A DNA stretch of 64,000 nt from Gammaproteobacteria bacterium (GCA_046566505.1 JBKHWN010000159.1:4618-68617), one strand, 5' to 3'. Shown: positions 24,884 through 35,648, numbered from the stretch's first letter. A program made the numbers and translations. The notes: a model not told the origin generated them from the letters alone.

Positions 24884-25567
24884 TCAGCTGCCTCGATAGT
24901 CCGGGCCTTCCTTCATCAGTCCGTAGAAGTAGGTGGACAACCGCTGGTTTTCCTCAAGCGAGATGTCTCGGACGAGCTTGCGGATCGTCGAGTGCGCCAT
25001 GGACGACATCGCCGAATTTCCCACTTCCGCGCTCTTGCGGGCGATGAAGCCGAGCTTGATCAGGCCCAGCGGCTTCTTGAGCATGTAGTCCAGAGAAATG
25101 TCGACGAACTCGCACATCACCTCGACCTGTTCATCAGCGTTGTCGCGGCTGCCCGACATCGTCGCCTCGTGCAGCGCTTCGAAACGGGTGGTGAAGTGGG
25201 AGGAAAGCGGGAAACTGACGTGCGGCTTGCCGTCCAGGTACAGGCGACGTTCCTGCACGTAGTCTTCCAGCGCACTGAGCTCCTCGTTGGACAGCTTGGC
25301 GACCACCGAACGAATGAGGCCGTGCGAGGTTTTCTCGATCAGGCTGCCCAGCCCGTCGATCAGTTTCTTGCGGAATCCGGTGTGTTCGATCTGGCGCGTC
25401 GGGCCATGAAACAACGCCTCCAGCATGACGCCGACAAATTCAAACGCGATCTCGGTGAAAACGGCGTTCTGCGGCTCACGGCTGCGGCTGCGGATGGCGG
25501 CAAGGAACTTGTCGGTATTGGTTTCTAGTTTTTCCGAGCTTGGCACGGCGACATAAACAGCTGCCAT
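24884..25567 (-). CDS. Hypothetical protein
   Basis: 227-aa ORF with balanced amino-acid composition and normal codon bias. No family recognised. Confidence 0.55.
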   Translation of the reverse strand: MAAVYVAVPSSEKLETNTDKFLAAIRSRSREPQNAVFTEIAFEFVGVMLEALFHGPTRQIEHTGFRKKLIDGLGSLIEKTSHGLIRSVVAKLSNEELSALEDYVQERRLYLDGKPHVSFPLSSHFTTRFEALHEATMSGSRDNADEQVEVMCEFVDISLDYMLKKPLGLIKLGFIARKSAEVGNSAMSSMAHSTIRKLVRDISLEENQRLSTYFYGLMKEGPDYRGS

Positions 25568-25821
25568 CGGGGGCTCCCTGATTGCGTGAGGACTGGCGCT
25601 CCTGAGACTAAGGCGCGCGCGGAATGTTAAGGGGAAACCGGCCGGTCACGCACCTTGAATCGGCGACAGGATTGACCACGTTCAGGCGCGCGGCCTGTGG
25701 CACGGACAGCAACACGCCGCACGAACCGGAAGGTCCGGCAAGCGGCACGGCGATGAAGGAAATATCAATTGGCCGGAAAGCCGGATCGGGTCACGCATTG
25801 CGCGTGTCCGGCGGGGGCGAA

Positions 25822-25898
25822 TGGTCGGAGTGATAGGATTCGAACCTACGACCCCTACGTCCCGAACGTAGTGCTCTACCAGGCTGAGCTACACTCCG
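25822..25898 (-). tRNA. tRNA-Pro (anticodon CGG)
   Basis: Manually folded 77-nt cloverleaf. Segments: CGGAGTG-TA-GCTC-AGCCTGGTA-GAGC-A-CTACG-TTCGGGA-CGTAG-GGGTC-GTAGG-TTCGAAT-CCTAT-CACTCCG-A-CCA. All stems pair. Confidence 0.9.
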
Positions 25899-25964
25899 AC
25901 GCCCCGTCCGAGGCCGCGTATTCTACACATCGCGGTTCCCGGCGCAATGAAAATGAGGGGGCGT

Positions 25965-26666
25965 TCAGAGGCCGGAAAGCCCTTCGAGGTCGGCCGCCAA
26001 CCCTTCCCGGATCAAGCGCAGGGTCGCCGCGCGCGTACGGCGCTTGGTAGCGGCAAACGCGCGCGGATCCAGTGCCGCGAGCCGTTCGGCCTGCACGCAG
26101 GCGAAGTCGATCACCGACAGTTCATCGACCACCTCGTCGAGATAGCCGGCATCGACCGCGACCGACGGCGTGAATATTTCCGCGTTGAGCACGGCACGGC
26201 TGTAGTAGCGCGGGCTGAGTCGGTCGCGGGCGAGTTCGGCACCGAACTGCGGCATGATCATGCCGATCTGGACTTCGTTCATGCCGATCTTGAAGTCGCC
26301 ATCGGCTCCGGTCCGCCAGTCGGCGGTGAACAGCAGGATGGCGCCCATGGCCAGCGCGTGGCCGCTGCAGGCCATGACCACCGGTTTCGGGAACTCATGG
26401 ATCCGCAGGGCGAGGCAAGCGCCGGCGCCGACCAGGCCCCGGACGGCCTCCGGCCCGGCCTTCATCACGGACAGGTCGAAGCCGGCGGAAAAACGCCCTT
26501 CGCGCCCGGTGATCACCAATGCCCGGACAGACTCGTCTGCCTCGACCTCGTCCAGCAGGTTGTGCAAGCGTTCGATCATGGCGTGCGAAAACGCGTTGGC
26601 CTTGCCGTCATCAAGGGTCAGCAGGGCCAGTTGTTTGTCGCGTTGCAGGTGGGCAAGGGTGGTCAT
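25965..26666 (-). CDS. Enoyl-CoA hydratase/isomerase (crotonase) family protein
   Basis: 233 aa. ...GKANAFSHAM...ALVITGREGRFSAGFDL... is the crotonase oxyanion-hole pattern. Confidence 0.85.
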   Translation of the reverse strand: MTTLAHLQRDKQLALLTLDDGKANAFSHAMIERLHNLLDEVEADESVRALVITGREGRFSAGFDLSVMKAGPEAVRGLVGAGACLALRIHEFPKPVVMACSGHALAMGAILLFTADWRTGADGDFKIGMNEVQIGMIMPQFGAELARDRLSPRYYSRAVLNAEIFTPSVAVDAGYLDEVVDELSVIDFACVQAERLAALDPRAFAATKRRTRAATLRLIREGLAADLEGLSGL

Positions 26667-26740
26667 GGGGTTGTCTGCCGGCCGGGAAAGGGCCGGCAGA
26701 TCATAGCGCCGCGCAGGAGCCGCGTCCCCGGAAGGAATGA

Positions 26741-27670
26741 TCAGGCCACGGGTGCTGCGGCCCTGCTCCTGAGGCGCACAAGGTAATCCCCGATCCGGCG
26801 TGAAAGCGTGCGCCCGGTCTCGGTGTCGGAATCCTCCACACGGGCATCCACCGGCGCTGCCATCGCCGTTCTTGCGAGGGCGCCTCTACCAGTCAAAGCG
26901 GTCTCCAGTCCCTTGGCCAGAATCCCGGCCCGCGCCGGTTTCGGCAGGTAGCGGTAAACCTGTGCCTGATTGATCAGGCGAATCAGCCGGGACGTATCAC
27001 GCATGCCGGTCAGGACGATGCTGAGCACATGCGGCTGCTGGATTTTCAGCGTGCGCAGCAGGTGGGTCATGTCATCGCCATTGACCATCACCTCGGTAAC
27101 AACCACCGCGACCGGGCGGGTGCCTAGAATCTGCACGGCGGTGGTGAGGTTCGCGGCCGCGTGAATGACGGTTCCGGGTGGTGCGGCACTGCGCACGGTG
27201 GCGATGGTGTCCGGGTCGTCGTCAATGACCAGGATTTCGCGAGCGTGGGACGCATGCACTTCCGGCATTTCCGGCAGTGTACCCAGGCTCTCGGCGATGG
27301 CGACCGCATCACGCAACGTCCGCTGAATGCTCTCGACGGTCCACGGCTTGGCGAGGTAACGCCAGATGCCGCCATCATTGAGTGCAGCAACCGCAGCGTC
27401 GCTGTCGGAATAGCCCGTGAGCAGGATGCGAACCGTATCCGGGGCGATCTCGCGTACCTGGCGCAACAGTTCTGCACCCATCATCTGCGGCATGCGCTGG
27501 TCGCTCACGACAACCTTGACCGGCTCCTGGCGCACCAGCGCCAGGGCTTCGGCAGGATCCGTTGTGGTCAACACCCTGTAGTGCGGCCTGAACAGCACCT
27601 GCAACGAGCGGAGGATCCGCTCGTCGTCATCGACGAACAGCACGGCAGGCAGTTCCCGGACGGTGCTCAT
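26741..27670 (-). CDS. Response regulator with two receiver domains and no output domain
   Basis: REC1 has VLFVDDDE...VVVSDQRMP...KPW. REC2 has ILVIDDDP...VVVTEVMVNG...KPA, with Glu in the phospho-acceptor position. 4-nt overlap with the kinase gene. Confidence 0.85.
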   Translation of the reverse strand: MSTVRELPAVLFVDDDERILRSLQVLFRPHYRVLTTTDPAEALALVRQEPVKVVVSDQRMPQMMGAELLRQVREIAPDTVRILLTGYSDSDAAVAALNDGGIWRYLAKPWTVESIQRTLRDAVAIAESLGTLPEMPEVHASHAREILVIDDDPDTIATVRSAAPPGTVIHAAANLTTAVQILGTRPVAVVVTEVMVNGDDMTHLLRTLKIQQPHVLSIVLTGMRDTSRLIRLINQAQVYRYLPKPARAGILAKGLETALTGRGALARTAMAAPVDARVEDSDTETGRTLSRRIGDYLVRLRSRAAAPVA

Positions 27671-28983
27671 ATGAAATCCTCCTGAAAGTGTTGGGTGGAT
27701 GCAGGGGCAATGGTTGATACGAATGTGACCGGCAGTGAGACCAGGAACTCCGTTCCGATGCCGACCGTGGAACTGACGTTTATAGAGCCGCCATGCTCCT
27801 GGATGATGCGATAGCAGATGGCGAGCCCGAGTCCGGTTCCCTGGCCAACCGGCTTGGTGGTGAAAAACGGATCGAAGATGCGCTTGAGGTTTTCCGGCGG
27901 GATGCCCTTGCCGCTGTCACGTATGAGGACGGTGATGGCTTCGCCAACATGACGCGTCCTTATCTCGATGCGCCCGGCACCCTCTATCGCCTGCGCCGCG
28001 TTGGTTACCAGGTTCAGGAGCACCTGGTTGATCTGCGAGGGCATGCAGGAGATGGCCGGGAGGTCGCCGGTATCGCGCACGACATCGATGCGCTCCTTGA
28101 GCATGTTCCGGGCGATGAGCAGGGCGCCGTTGACGCAGTCATTGATGTTGATTTTTTCGCTGCTCTCCCGGTCCAGCCTGGAGAAGTCCTTCAGGCTGCA
28201 CACCAGTTCGCCGATCTGGTTGCATCCGTACAAGGTGTCATCGAGCAGTTGCCCGAGGTCGGCGATGATCAGGGATTCGGCATGCCTGTTGGTGTCGGAC
28301 AGGGCCGCCTCCACAAGCCCGGCCAGCATTTCCGGATCCGTATTGTCGTCTGCCAGCATGGCCAGCAGGCGCTGGTTGTCCTCGGTGGCCGATCGGACGC
28401 TGCCGACCAGCCCGCAGATCATTTCAACGTTGTTGCGGACATAGCCCAGCGGTGTGTTCAGCTCATGGGCCACACCGGCAACCATCTGGCCCAGCGATGC
28501 CATCTTTTCGGACTGCACCAGGTGCGCTTGTTGCTGCTGGAGCTGCTGGTACGCCTGCGCGATCTCTTCGTTGCGCCGGGAAATCCGCTGCTCCATCACC
28601 TTGAGCAGGTCGATCACCACGCCGACACCGGCATAGAGGCCGTTGTCGGTGATGACGAAGTCTTCCTGTATGGGCAGCCGGATGTTTTCAGTGATGACCT
28701 GGGAGGCAACTTCTACCGGCGATGTGCGTTCAACGGTTACTGCGCGGGTATTCATTACCACACTGACCGGTCGGCGCCCGTAAAGCTCTCGCCCGTAACG
28801 CGACATGAAGATGTGCTGCAGCTGGTGGCGGCTGAGCACGCCTACTGGCCGCCCCCTGTCAACAACCGGCAGGGAAAGAAAGGACGCACACTCCTGACTC
28901 AGGAACAGGTTGGCCGCTTCATCAACTGTGATGTCCGGCGCCAGGGCCGGACATGAACGGACCAGATCGGAAAGGGTTGCCAT
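27667..28983 (-). CDS. Sensor histidine kinase with an N-terminal CBS pair
   Basis: H-box [13 protein letters not shown]. HATPase N/G boxes ([23 protein letters not shown]). N-terminal CBS-like region. Confidence 0.9.
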   Translation of the reverse strand: MATLSDLVRSCPALAPDITVDEAANLFLSQECASFLSLPVVDRGRPVGVLSRHQLQHIFMSRYGRELYGRRPVSVVMNTRAVTVERTSPVEVASQVITENIRLPIQEDFVITDNGLYAGVGVVIDLLKVMEQRISRRNEEIAQAYQQLQQQQAHLVQSEKMASLGQMVAGVAHELNTPLGYVRNNVEMICGLVGSVRSATEDNQRLLAMLADDNTDPEMLAGLVEAALSDTNRHAESLIIADLGQLLDDTLYGCNQIGELVCSLKDFSRLDRESSEKININDCVNGALLIARNMLKERIDVVRDTGDLPAISCMPSQINQVLLNLVTNAAQAIEGAGRIEIRTRHVGEAITVLIRDSGKGIPPENLKRIFDPFFTTKPVGQGTGLGLAICYRIIQEHGGSINVSSTVGIGTEFLVSLPVTFVSTIAPASTQHFQEDFI

Positions 28984-29147
28984 GCGACGATGTACTCCGT
29001 CATCCGGAGTTCGCCGTCAGCGCCCTGCAGTCACGATGCAACTTCCGTTTGCCGACGAACTTTCGACGGCAAGGCTCAGCTTCTTGTATGACAGGGGTAT
29101 TAACGAGACATGAAAATTTCTGACGTTAAAGCGCGACGGGCTTTGCT

Positions 29148-30512
29148 TCAGAGGTACTTGCGCAGTATGGCGTCACCACGCACTTCGGCGCGGATGACGT
29201 GCAGGAAGGTGTAGGCCCCCAGCAGTTTCCTGGCCAGGAAGATGAACTCCTTGGGCGGGACGTCGAAGTGGGTCGTCAGTGCGGCGCGCGAGGCCTTGGC
29301 CATGACGCGGTCGGGCAGGTCGCTCTTGCCCCAGAGGTATTCCTTGCGCTCGTTGAGCACATAGGCGGGCATGGGGTGGACATCCGGATCGGCCAGGACT
29401 TCCACGGCCATGAAGCAGAGTTCGACAAACTGGTCGAGCACGTTGTCCGGCACGTTCTTGTTCAGGAAGTTCAGGTCGTTGAGCGCGCGCAGCAGGCGGT
29501 GGCGGTCGCGGTAATAGGAGGCGCGGATCATTTCCTTGCCGGGGCCGAGCACCTTCTCGTCGAAGTCGCGGAAGGCGCCGAAGTCGAGCAGGACGATCCG
29601 GTCGTGGTCACCCGGGTTCGCGGCAATCTGGATCAGGTAGTTGCCGAAATTCGGGTCGGTCTGCATCTTGCTCCAGACGAAGACCTCCTGGCAGCAGATA
29701 TCCATGATCGCGTGGCCAATCCGGTTGCGCCGATCCTGCGGCAACGCCAGCACTTTCGGGTCGCTGACGCCGACGCCGTGTTCGAAAGACGTGCACAGCA
29801 CGCTGCCCGTCGAGTACTCGGGGAACACGTCCGGTACGCGGAAGCGCGGATCATCGTGCAGGATCTCGCCGAAATGACGGGTGGTATCCAGTTCGAGGTG
29901 GTAGTTCACCTCGCGGCTGAGCATGGCGTGGACTTCGTCCAGCCAGCCATTGAACTCCTCGGTGATCGGCACCAGGCGGGTGAGCTTCAGCAACTGCACC
30001 AGCGCCTGCAGGTCGCTGTCGATGGCGGCGGCGACACCCGGATACTGGATCTTGAGCGCGAGCTCGCGGCCATCCGACTTGCGCCGCGCCTTGTGTACCT
30101 GGCCCAGGGAAGCGGCGCCGAGCGGCTCGGTCTCGATCTCGAGTTCGTCCATGCGCTCGCCGAGTTCCCGGCGCAGGTGGCGCGACATCGCCGGCCAGGC
30201 GAGCGCCGTGGTGTCCGACTCCAGCGTGTGCAGTGCCGCAGTGACTTCGGCCGGCAGGAAATGCTCGCCGAGCAGCGCCATCATCTGGCCGACCTTCACC
30301 ACGCTGCCCTTGAGCTTGCCCAGTTCCTTGACCAGGTACTGCGCCTGCTCGGACAGGATTTCCCGCTGCCGTTGCTCGCGGTCTTCCGCCGCCGTGAACA
30401 GGTTGCCGGCAGAATGCAGCGCAAACTTCGCCCCGGCCATGAAGCCGGCGCGGGCGAGGGTGAAGCGGCGCTCCAGCGCGCCGGTCTTGATGCGGCTGAC
30501 CTTGTCGGACAT
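29148..30512 (-). CDS. ABC1/UbiB-family atypical kinase
   Basis: AASLGQVHKARRKSDGRELALKIQYPGV is the ABC1 signature. Start at the ATG at 30512 (MSDKVSRIK) with GGAG upstream. Confidence 0.85.
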   Translation of the reverse strand: MSDKVSRIKTGALERRFTLARAGFMAGAKFALHSAGNLFTAAEDREQRQREILSEQAQYLVKELGKLKGSVVKVGQMMALLGEHFLPAEVTAALHTLESDTTALAWPAMSRHLRRELGERMDELEIETEPLGAASLGQVHKARRKSDGRELALKIQYPGVAAAIDSDLQALVQLLKLTRLVPITEEFNGWLDEVHAMLSREVNYHLELDTTRHFGEILHDDPRFRVPDVFPEYSTGSVLCTSFEHGVGVSDPKVLALPQDRRNRIGHAIMDICCQEVFVWSKMQTDPNFGNYLIQIAANPGDHDRIVLLDFGAFRDFDEKVLGPGKEMIRASYYRDRHRLLRALNDLNFLNKNVPDNVLDQFVELCFMAVEVLADPDVHPMPAYVLNERKEYLWGKSDLPDRVMAKASRAALTTHFDVPPKEFIFLARKLLGAYTFLHVIRAEVRGDAILRKYL

Positions 30513-30690
30513 CGGGACTCCACGGGGGACGGCGAAGGCGCGCGGATTGTACGCGAAGCATGCTGTGCCGCGACCCGATTGTCCCGCGGGAAAGGGTGAC
30601 ATCGGCAGGGTCTTCCCCCGATCATCGGCGCCGGCCTTTTACCGGATACGCCGGGATCCCGGATTCCGGCCACGCAGTCAGGAGCAGGGG

Positions 30691-31470
30691 ATGTACGAGT
30701 TCGATCGCCACGCGCAGTTGTCACCAGGTGCCGATGGCATTTGCACCGGCGACATGAGTGACCTGTGGAATGTCGGCCCGGTCCCCAACGGCGGGTACCT
30801 GATGGCGCTGGCGGCGATGAGCATGGCGACCCACTGCAGCCATCCCGATCCGTTGACGATCACCGGCCATTACTTGCGCCCGGCGCGTGCCGGGCACGCC
30901 GAGTGGCACGGGTCGTCGGTGAAGCGGGGAGGGTCCTTCGACAACGCCCAGGTCTCGCTGGTGCAGGACGGCACCGAGCGCTGCCGGTTCCTCGGCGCCT
31001 ACGGCACGCTGGACAACATCAAGGGGCCCAGCTGGCAGGAGGCGGCACCACCGGACATGCCACCGCCGGAAGCGTGCGAACGACTGACGGCACCGGTCAC
31101 CGTCAACGGTCGCTACGAGGCGCGATTCGACGCCGGGTGCCTGGGCTGGCTGCAGGGGGAAACCGGGCGGCCGGCAGAATTCCGGGCCTGGATCCGGCAT
31201 GTCGACGAGCGACCTTGTGACCTGTTGAGCCTGCTGTTGTTTGCCGACGCCTTGCCGCCGCCGGTGTTTGCGCGGCTCGGACCGCTGGGCTGGGTGCCGA
31301 CGGTCGAACTGACGGTTCACCTGCGCAGCAAACCGGCACCGGGTTTCGTGCAATGCCGTTTCCGCACCCGCTATGTGACCAACGGGTTGCTGGAAGCTGA
31401 CGGGGAACTCTGGGATGCAGAGGGCAAGCTGGTGGCCTTGTCGCGCCAGCTTGCCCTGTTGCGTCAGTGA
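30691..31470 (+). CDS. Acyl-CoA thioesterase-like (double hot-dog) protein
   Basis: ATG at 30691 after AGGAGCAGGGG. VPNGGYLMALAA is typical of this thioesterase family. The track ORF 29923-31470 is an artefactual upstream extension. Confidence 0.7.
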   Translation: MYEFDRHAQLSPGADGICTGDMSDLWNVGPVPNGGYLMALAAMSMATHCSHPDPLTITGHYLRPARAGHAEWHGSSVKRGGSFDNAQVSLVQDGTERCRFLGAYGTLDNIKGPSWQEAAPPDMPPPEACERLTAPVTVNGRYEARFDAGCLGWLQGETGRPAEFRAWIRHVDERPCDLLSLLLFADALPPPVFARLGPLGWVPTVELTVHLRSKPAPGFVQCRFRTRYVTNGLLEADGELWDAEGKLVALSRQLALLRQ

Positions 31471-31473
31471 CGG

Positions 31474-33720
31474 TCAGCGCGCGACGGCTTCCCGGCGAGC
31501 ACTGCTGCCGTTGGCTGCCGTGGCCGCGCGCTGGCGCATCTGGACAACCTTGTCGGCAAGAATCGTGCTGCCTTCGAGCAGCAGCGCCTGGTCGACTGGA
31601 TTCTTCACATTTTCGTCGATTGACGAGGCCAGTTCCTCGTTGATCTTCTCGAGTTCTTCGTATGTCTTGAGCGGGGGTTCGCCCTTGGCCTTGCGGCGCT
31701 TGTTCTCGATGTCGAGTGAGCGCTGGCGCATCTGGTCACGCTCCTTGCGACGAACCGTTTCGTTCAGCGACAGCCGCTTTTCCGCACGCGATTCGTTGAC
31801 GAGCACAAGTTGCTCGCGCAGGTACTGGAAATCCGGGTTGCCCGCTGCCCGCTGCTCGCTGCGGCGGCGCAGTTCCGGAAGCAGTTCGGCAATGTGACGG
31901 CCCTCAACGGAGCGCTGGAAGCGGGCCGGGCGGATGGTGTCCCAGGGCATGGCATCGTCAAGCGCACTTTCGCCGACCTGCGTCTTGTCCACCAGTCCCG
32001 GAAAAACGATGTCCGGCACCACGCCCTGCAACTGCGTGCTGTCACCGGATATCCGGTAGAACTTCGCCTGCGTCACCTTGATCTGGCCATGGTTCAGCGG
32101 ACGCACGGTTTGCACCGTGCCCTTGCCGAACGTCTGCTCGCCGATCACCAGGCCGCGACCGTAATCCTGGATGGCGCCGGCGAAAATCTCGGATGCGGAC
32201 GCTGACAACCGGTTGGTCATGACCGCCAGCGGTCCGTCATAGTGGACCGCCGGATCGTAATCGCCGTTCACCTCGGTGCGGTTGTTTGCCCAGCGTACCT
32301 GCACGACCGGGCCGGTGCGGATGAACAGGCCGACCAGCGACTGGGCCTCGTCCAGCGAGCCGCCACCGTTGTCGCGCAGGTCGAGCACCAGGCCGTCGAT
32401 ACGCTCCTTGCGCAACTCGGTGATGAGGTTGGCCACGTCGCGCGTGGTGCTGCGATAGTCGGGATCACCGCGGCTGCGCCCGTCAAAATCAATGTAGAAG
32501 GTGGGCAGCTGTATCACGCCGATACGCAGCTTCTGCCCGTTAACCGTGGTTTCGAGCACCTGCTTGCGTGCCGCCTGCTCCTCGAGTTTCACGGCATCGC
32601 GTACCAGCGACACCACGCGCGTGCTGGAATTGTCCGCAGCGCTGGCGGGGATGATCTCAAGGCGCACCTGGGTGCCCTTCGGGCCGCGAATCAACTCCAC
32701 GACTTCGTCCAGCCGCCAGCCGACGACGTCGACCAACTCCGCATTCCCTTGCGCGACGCTGACGATCCGGTCCGCCGGCTTCAGTTGCTGCGACCGCTCT
32801 GCCGGGCTGCCCGGCACCAGCTTCACGATCTTGGTGTACTCGTCCTCGGTCTGCAGCACCGCACCGATGCCCTGCAGTTCCAGGCTCATGTTGATGGCGA
32901 AGTTTTCACTGGTCTGCGGCGAGAGGTATTCCGTGTGCGGGTCGTAGAGCCCGCCCAAGGCGTTCATGTACGCGGAGAAGGCATCTTCCGAACGGATCTG
33001 CAGCGCACGGTTCAGCTGGTTGCGATAACGCTTTTCGAGCAGCGTCTGGATTTCGGCATCCTCCTTGCCGGACAGGCGCAAGTCGAGCATCGCTGCCTTC
33101 AGCCGGCGCCTCCAGATATCGTTCATCTCGGCACGGGTCGCCGGCCACCTGGCATCCTTGCGGTCGAGTTCGATGTATTCGTCCTTGCCGAAATCGAAGC
33201 GTGCGATGCCCTTGTCGTTTTCCGAGATCAGGTACTGCAGGCGTTCGACCAGGCGCTGCAGGTGACGGTTGTAAACCGCGAAGGCCGGCTCGAGATCCCC
33301 GGACTTGAGCGCCGGCTCGAAGCGGGGGCGCAGGCGCTCCAGCTCGGCAATGTCCGACGCCAGGAAATAGATGCGCTGCTCATCGAGCGACTTCAGGTAG
33401 TTGTCGAAAAGGCGGGAGGCCAACGCGCCGTTGACGGGCTGCTGGCGGTAATGGGACTGCTGCAGCTGGCGAACAACGTTCACCGCCGCCCGGACCTGCT
33501 CGCGTTCCGGGCTGACCGGGCGCACCTTGGCGGCCAGTGCGGCCGCGGTGTTCTCGACCAGGCTCGCGGCCATCAGCGGCGAAGGACCCGCGACCAGCAA
33601 GAGCGCGAGCAACAGAGGTGCGACGAGGGAAAACGGCTTCGAAACCGTCCTGGAACAGCGGGCAACAGCGGAAAGCATGGGGGGAACCAGGTGGCGCACG
33701 ATGGCAGAAACTTCAGGCAT
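31474..33720 (-). CDS. prc: Tail-specific (C-terminal processing) protease
   Basis: S41 family. PDZ region, then the catalytic GSLDEAQ... / SASASEIFAGAIQD block and a Prc C-terminal domain. Start chosen at the ATG at 33720 before a signal-like segment; an alternative ATG is at 33678. Confidence 0.85.
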   Translation of the reverse strand: MPEVSAIVRHLVPPMLSAVARCSRTVSKPFSLVAPLLLALLLVAGPSPLMAASLVENTAAALAAKVRPVSPEREQVRAAVNVVRQLQQSHYRQQPVNGALASRLFDNYLKSLDEQRIYFLASDIAELERLRPRFEPALKSGDLEPAFAVYNRHLQRLVERLQYLISENDKGIARFDFGKDEYIELDRKDARWPATRAEMNDIWRRRLKAAMLDLRLSGKEDAEIQTLLEKRYRNQLNRALQIRSEDAFSAYMNALGGLYDPHTEYLSPQTSENFAINMSLELQGIGAVLQTEDEYTKIVKLVPGSPAERSQQLKPADRIVSVAQGNAELVDVVGWRLDEVVELIRGPKGTQVRLEIIPASAADNSSTRVVSLVRDAVKLEEQAARKQVLETTVNGQKLRIGVIQLPTFYIDFDGRSRGDPDYRSTTRDVANLITELRKERIDGLVLDLRDNGGGSLDEAQSLVGLFIRTGPVVQVRWANNRTEVNGDYDPAVHYDGPLAVMTNRLSASASEIFAGAIQDYGRGLVIGEQTFGKGTVQTVRPLNHGQIKVTQAKFYRISGDSTQLQGVVPDIVFPGLVDKTQVGESALDDAMPWDTIRPARFQRSVEGRHIAELLPELRRRSEQRAAGNPDFQYLREQLVLVNESRAEKRLSLNETVRRKERDQMRQRSLDIENKRRKAKGEPPLKTYEELEKINEELASSIDENVKNPVDQALLLEGSTILADKVVQMRQRAATAANGSSARREAVAR

Positions 33721-33894
33721 GGTAGGTACGTCACCGGAGTGAAGCAACTCAATCAGGTTGCCGTGGTGGTACGACCCTGCACGCTTCCCGCCGGTTCCCA
33801 CGCGGCAGACCCGGCGTCGCAGGGCGGGTGGACAGCGCCGGCCCTCGGTGACCGGGGCGGCGCGCGCCCCGCATAATGCCGCGCCCGCTCCGGG

Positions 33895-35148
33895 ATGCCA
33901 GGCTTGGGAGAGTCCGTTGTGCTGCACCGCGTCTGGTTTTCGCTGTTCCTCGCCGGCTTCGCGGTTGCGCTCTGGCAACTGCTCGCCCACGGTAACGGTG
34001 AGGTGTTCGGCGACCTGGTCACCGCCATGTTCGCCATGGCAAGGCTTTCCGTGGAGATCGCCATCGGCCTGGTTGGCGCGCTGGCGCTCTGGCTGGGCCT
34101 GTTCCGTGTTGCCGAGCAGGCCGGCCTGGTCGATCGACTGTCGCGGCTGCTGGCTCCTGTTTTTGCCCTGTTGATGCCCGGGGTGCCGCAGGGCCATGCG
34201 GCCGTCGGCGCCGTGACGATGAATCTCTCGGCAAACATGCTCGGGCTGGACAACGCGGCAACCCCGCTCGGCCTGAAGGCCATGCGCGAACTCCAGTCAC
34301 TGAACCCTTCGCCGGACCGCGCCTCCGATGCGCAGATCCTGTTCCTGGTGCTGAACACCTCCAGCGTGACGCTGTTGCCGGTATCGATCTTTGTCTACCG
34401 GGCGCAACAGGGCGCCGCCGACCCGGCACTGGTCTTCCTGCCCATCCTGCTCGCCACCTGCGCCTCGACGCTCGCCGGCCTCATTGCCGTCGCCGCCCTG
34501 CAGCGCCTGCCGCTGTGGCGATTGCTGCGCCTGTGGCCGGTGATGGCCGGCATCGGCGCCATCGGCGCGCTCATTGCCACCCTGCTGATCCTGCCGCGCG
34601 AAGGCGTGGCCGGGGCGTCCGCCACCGCCGGCAACGTGCTGCTGTTCTCCATCGTGATGCTGTTCCTCGGTACCGGCCTGTGGCGCGGCAAGGACATCTA
34701 CGCAACCTTTGTCGACGGTGCGGAGGAGGGTTTCAGGACGGCGGTCGCGCTGATTCCCTACCTGGTGGCCATGCTGGTGGCCATCGGCGTGCTGCGCGCC
34801 AGCGGGGCGCTGGATCTGCTGCTCGACGGGCTGCGCCTGCTGGTGGCAGGTGCCGGTTTCGATACCCGCTGGGTGGAGGCCATGCCAACGGCGCTGGTCA
34901 AGCCGTTCAGCGGCAGCGGAGCGCGGGCGATGATGCTGGAAACCATGCAGACGCACGGTGTCGACTCGTTTGCCGCGCGACTGGCGACGGTTATCCAGGG
35001 CAGCACGGAAACGACGTTCTATGTACTGGCGGTCTACTTCGGCAGCGTGGGGATCCGCCACGTGCGCTATGCGCTCTGGTGCGGCCTGCTGGCCGACGCC
35101 GCCGGCGTCGCGGCGGCGATCATGGTCTGCTACGCGTTCTTTGGCTGA
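33895..35148 (+). CDS. Nucleoside-recognition (Gate) domain membrane protein (SpmA/SpmB-like fusion)
   Basis: 417 aa, polytopic. ...NMLGLDNAATPLGLKAM... is typical of Gate domains. Confidence 0.7.
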   Translation: MPGLGESVVLHRVWFSLFLAGFAVALWQLLAHGNGEVFGDLVTAMFAMARLSVEIAIGLVGALALWLGLFRVAEQAGLVDRLSRLLAPVFALLMPGVPQGHAAVGAVTMNLSANMLGLDNAATPLGLKAMRELQSLNPSPDRASDAQILFLVLNTSSVTLLPVSIFVYRAQQGAADPALVFLPILLATCASTLAGLIAVAALQRLPLWRLLRLWPVMAGIGAIGALIATLLILPREGVAGASATAGNVLLFSIVMLFLGTGLWRGKDIYATFVDGAEEGFRTAVALIPYLVAMLVAIGVLRASGALDLLLDGLRLLVAGAGFDTRWVEAMPTALVKPFSGSGARAMMLETMQTHGVDSFAARLATVIQGSTETTFYVLAVYFGSVGIRHVRYALWCGLLADAAGVAAAIMVCYAFFG

Positions 35149-35192
35149 GGCGGGCAGGGGCAGGACGCGGGTCCTGCCCCTGCCCGGCCGGC

Positions 35193-35648
35193 TTACATAT
35201 CGTTCAGCTGCATCGCCTGACGCACCATCCGCATCTTCTCCTGGCGCTCCTGTGACACGAGGTTGCTGAACGCTTCCTTCACCGCCGGCAACTCGCTCTG
35301 GGCGGCGATCATCTGGTACAGGTCGGTGATGCAGTCATCGAGCTGGATGGCAAGGTCTATCACTTCGTCGACGGACATCTGCTCCACAGGCTTGGCCGGC
35401 GGGATGCACTTGACGAACTCGAAGTCGAGTTCCTGGCTGAACCAGGCGTTGCGAATCGCATCCGGCGCCTCCTTGCTGTAGCGCTGGGCGGCGTCGGCCA
35501 GATGCTGTTCGTGCCGGGACAGGTAGTCCAGCAGCATGCGCACCTTCTCCTTGCTGTTGCCTTCGGAAAGCCGCTGGTAGTAACGGGCCAGGCCGTCATG
35601 CATCTGGCTGGCGAGTTCGAGCAGGTCACGGGATGTCTTGAAACGCAT
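35193..35648 (-). CDS. Hypothetical helical protein
   Basis: Start at the ATG at 35648 (MRFKTSRDLLELASQ), with GAGGA 11 nt upstream. 151 aa. Confidence 0.55.
   Translation of the reverse strand: MRFKTSRDLLELASQMHDGLARYYQRLSEGNSKEKVRMLLDYLSRHEQHLADAAQRYSKEAPDAIRNAWFSQELDFEFVKCIPPAKPVEQMSVDEVIDLAIQLDDCITDLYQMIAAQSELPAVKEAFSNLVSQERQEKMRMVRQAMQLNDM

Noticed and set aside
29199-31470. Long plus-strand ORFs (29199-30599, and the 515-aa 29923-31470) opposite or extending over the ABC1 kinase gene
   Set aside because: The real plus-strand gene starts at 30691 (AGGAG Shine-Dalgarno, thioesterase-like sequence). Everything upstream is antisense to the ABC1 kinase and Ser/Arg/Ala-rich.
33721-34197. 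N-terminal 159-aa extension of the Prc ORF (track start 34197)
   Set aside because: The extension overlaps the divergent nucleoside-recognition gene, is Gly/Arg/Gln-rich, and precedes the obvious signal-peptide-like segment. Internal ATGs at 33720 or 33678 fit Prc length better.
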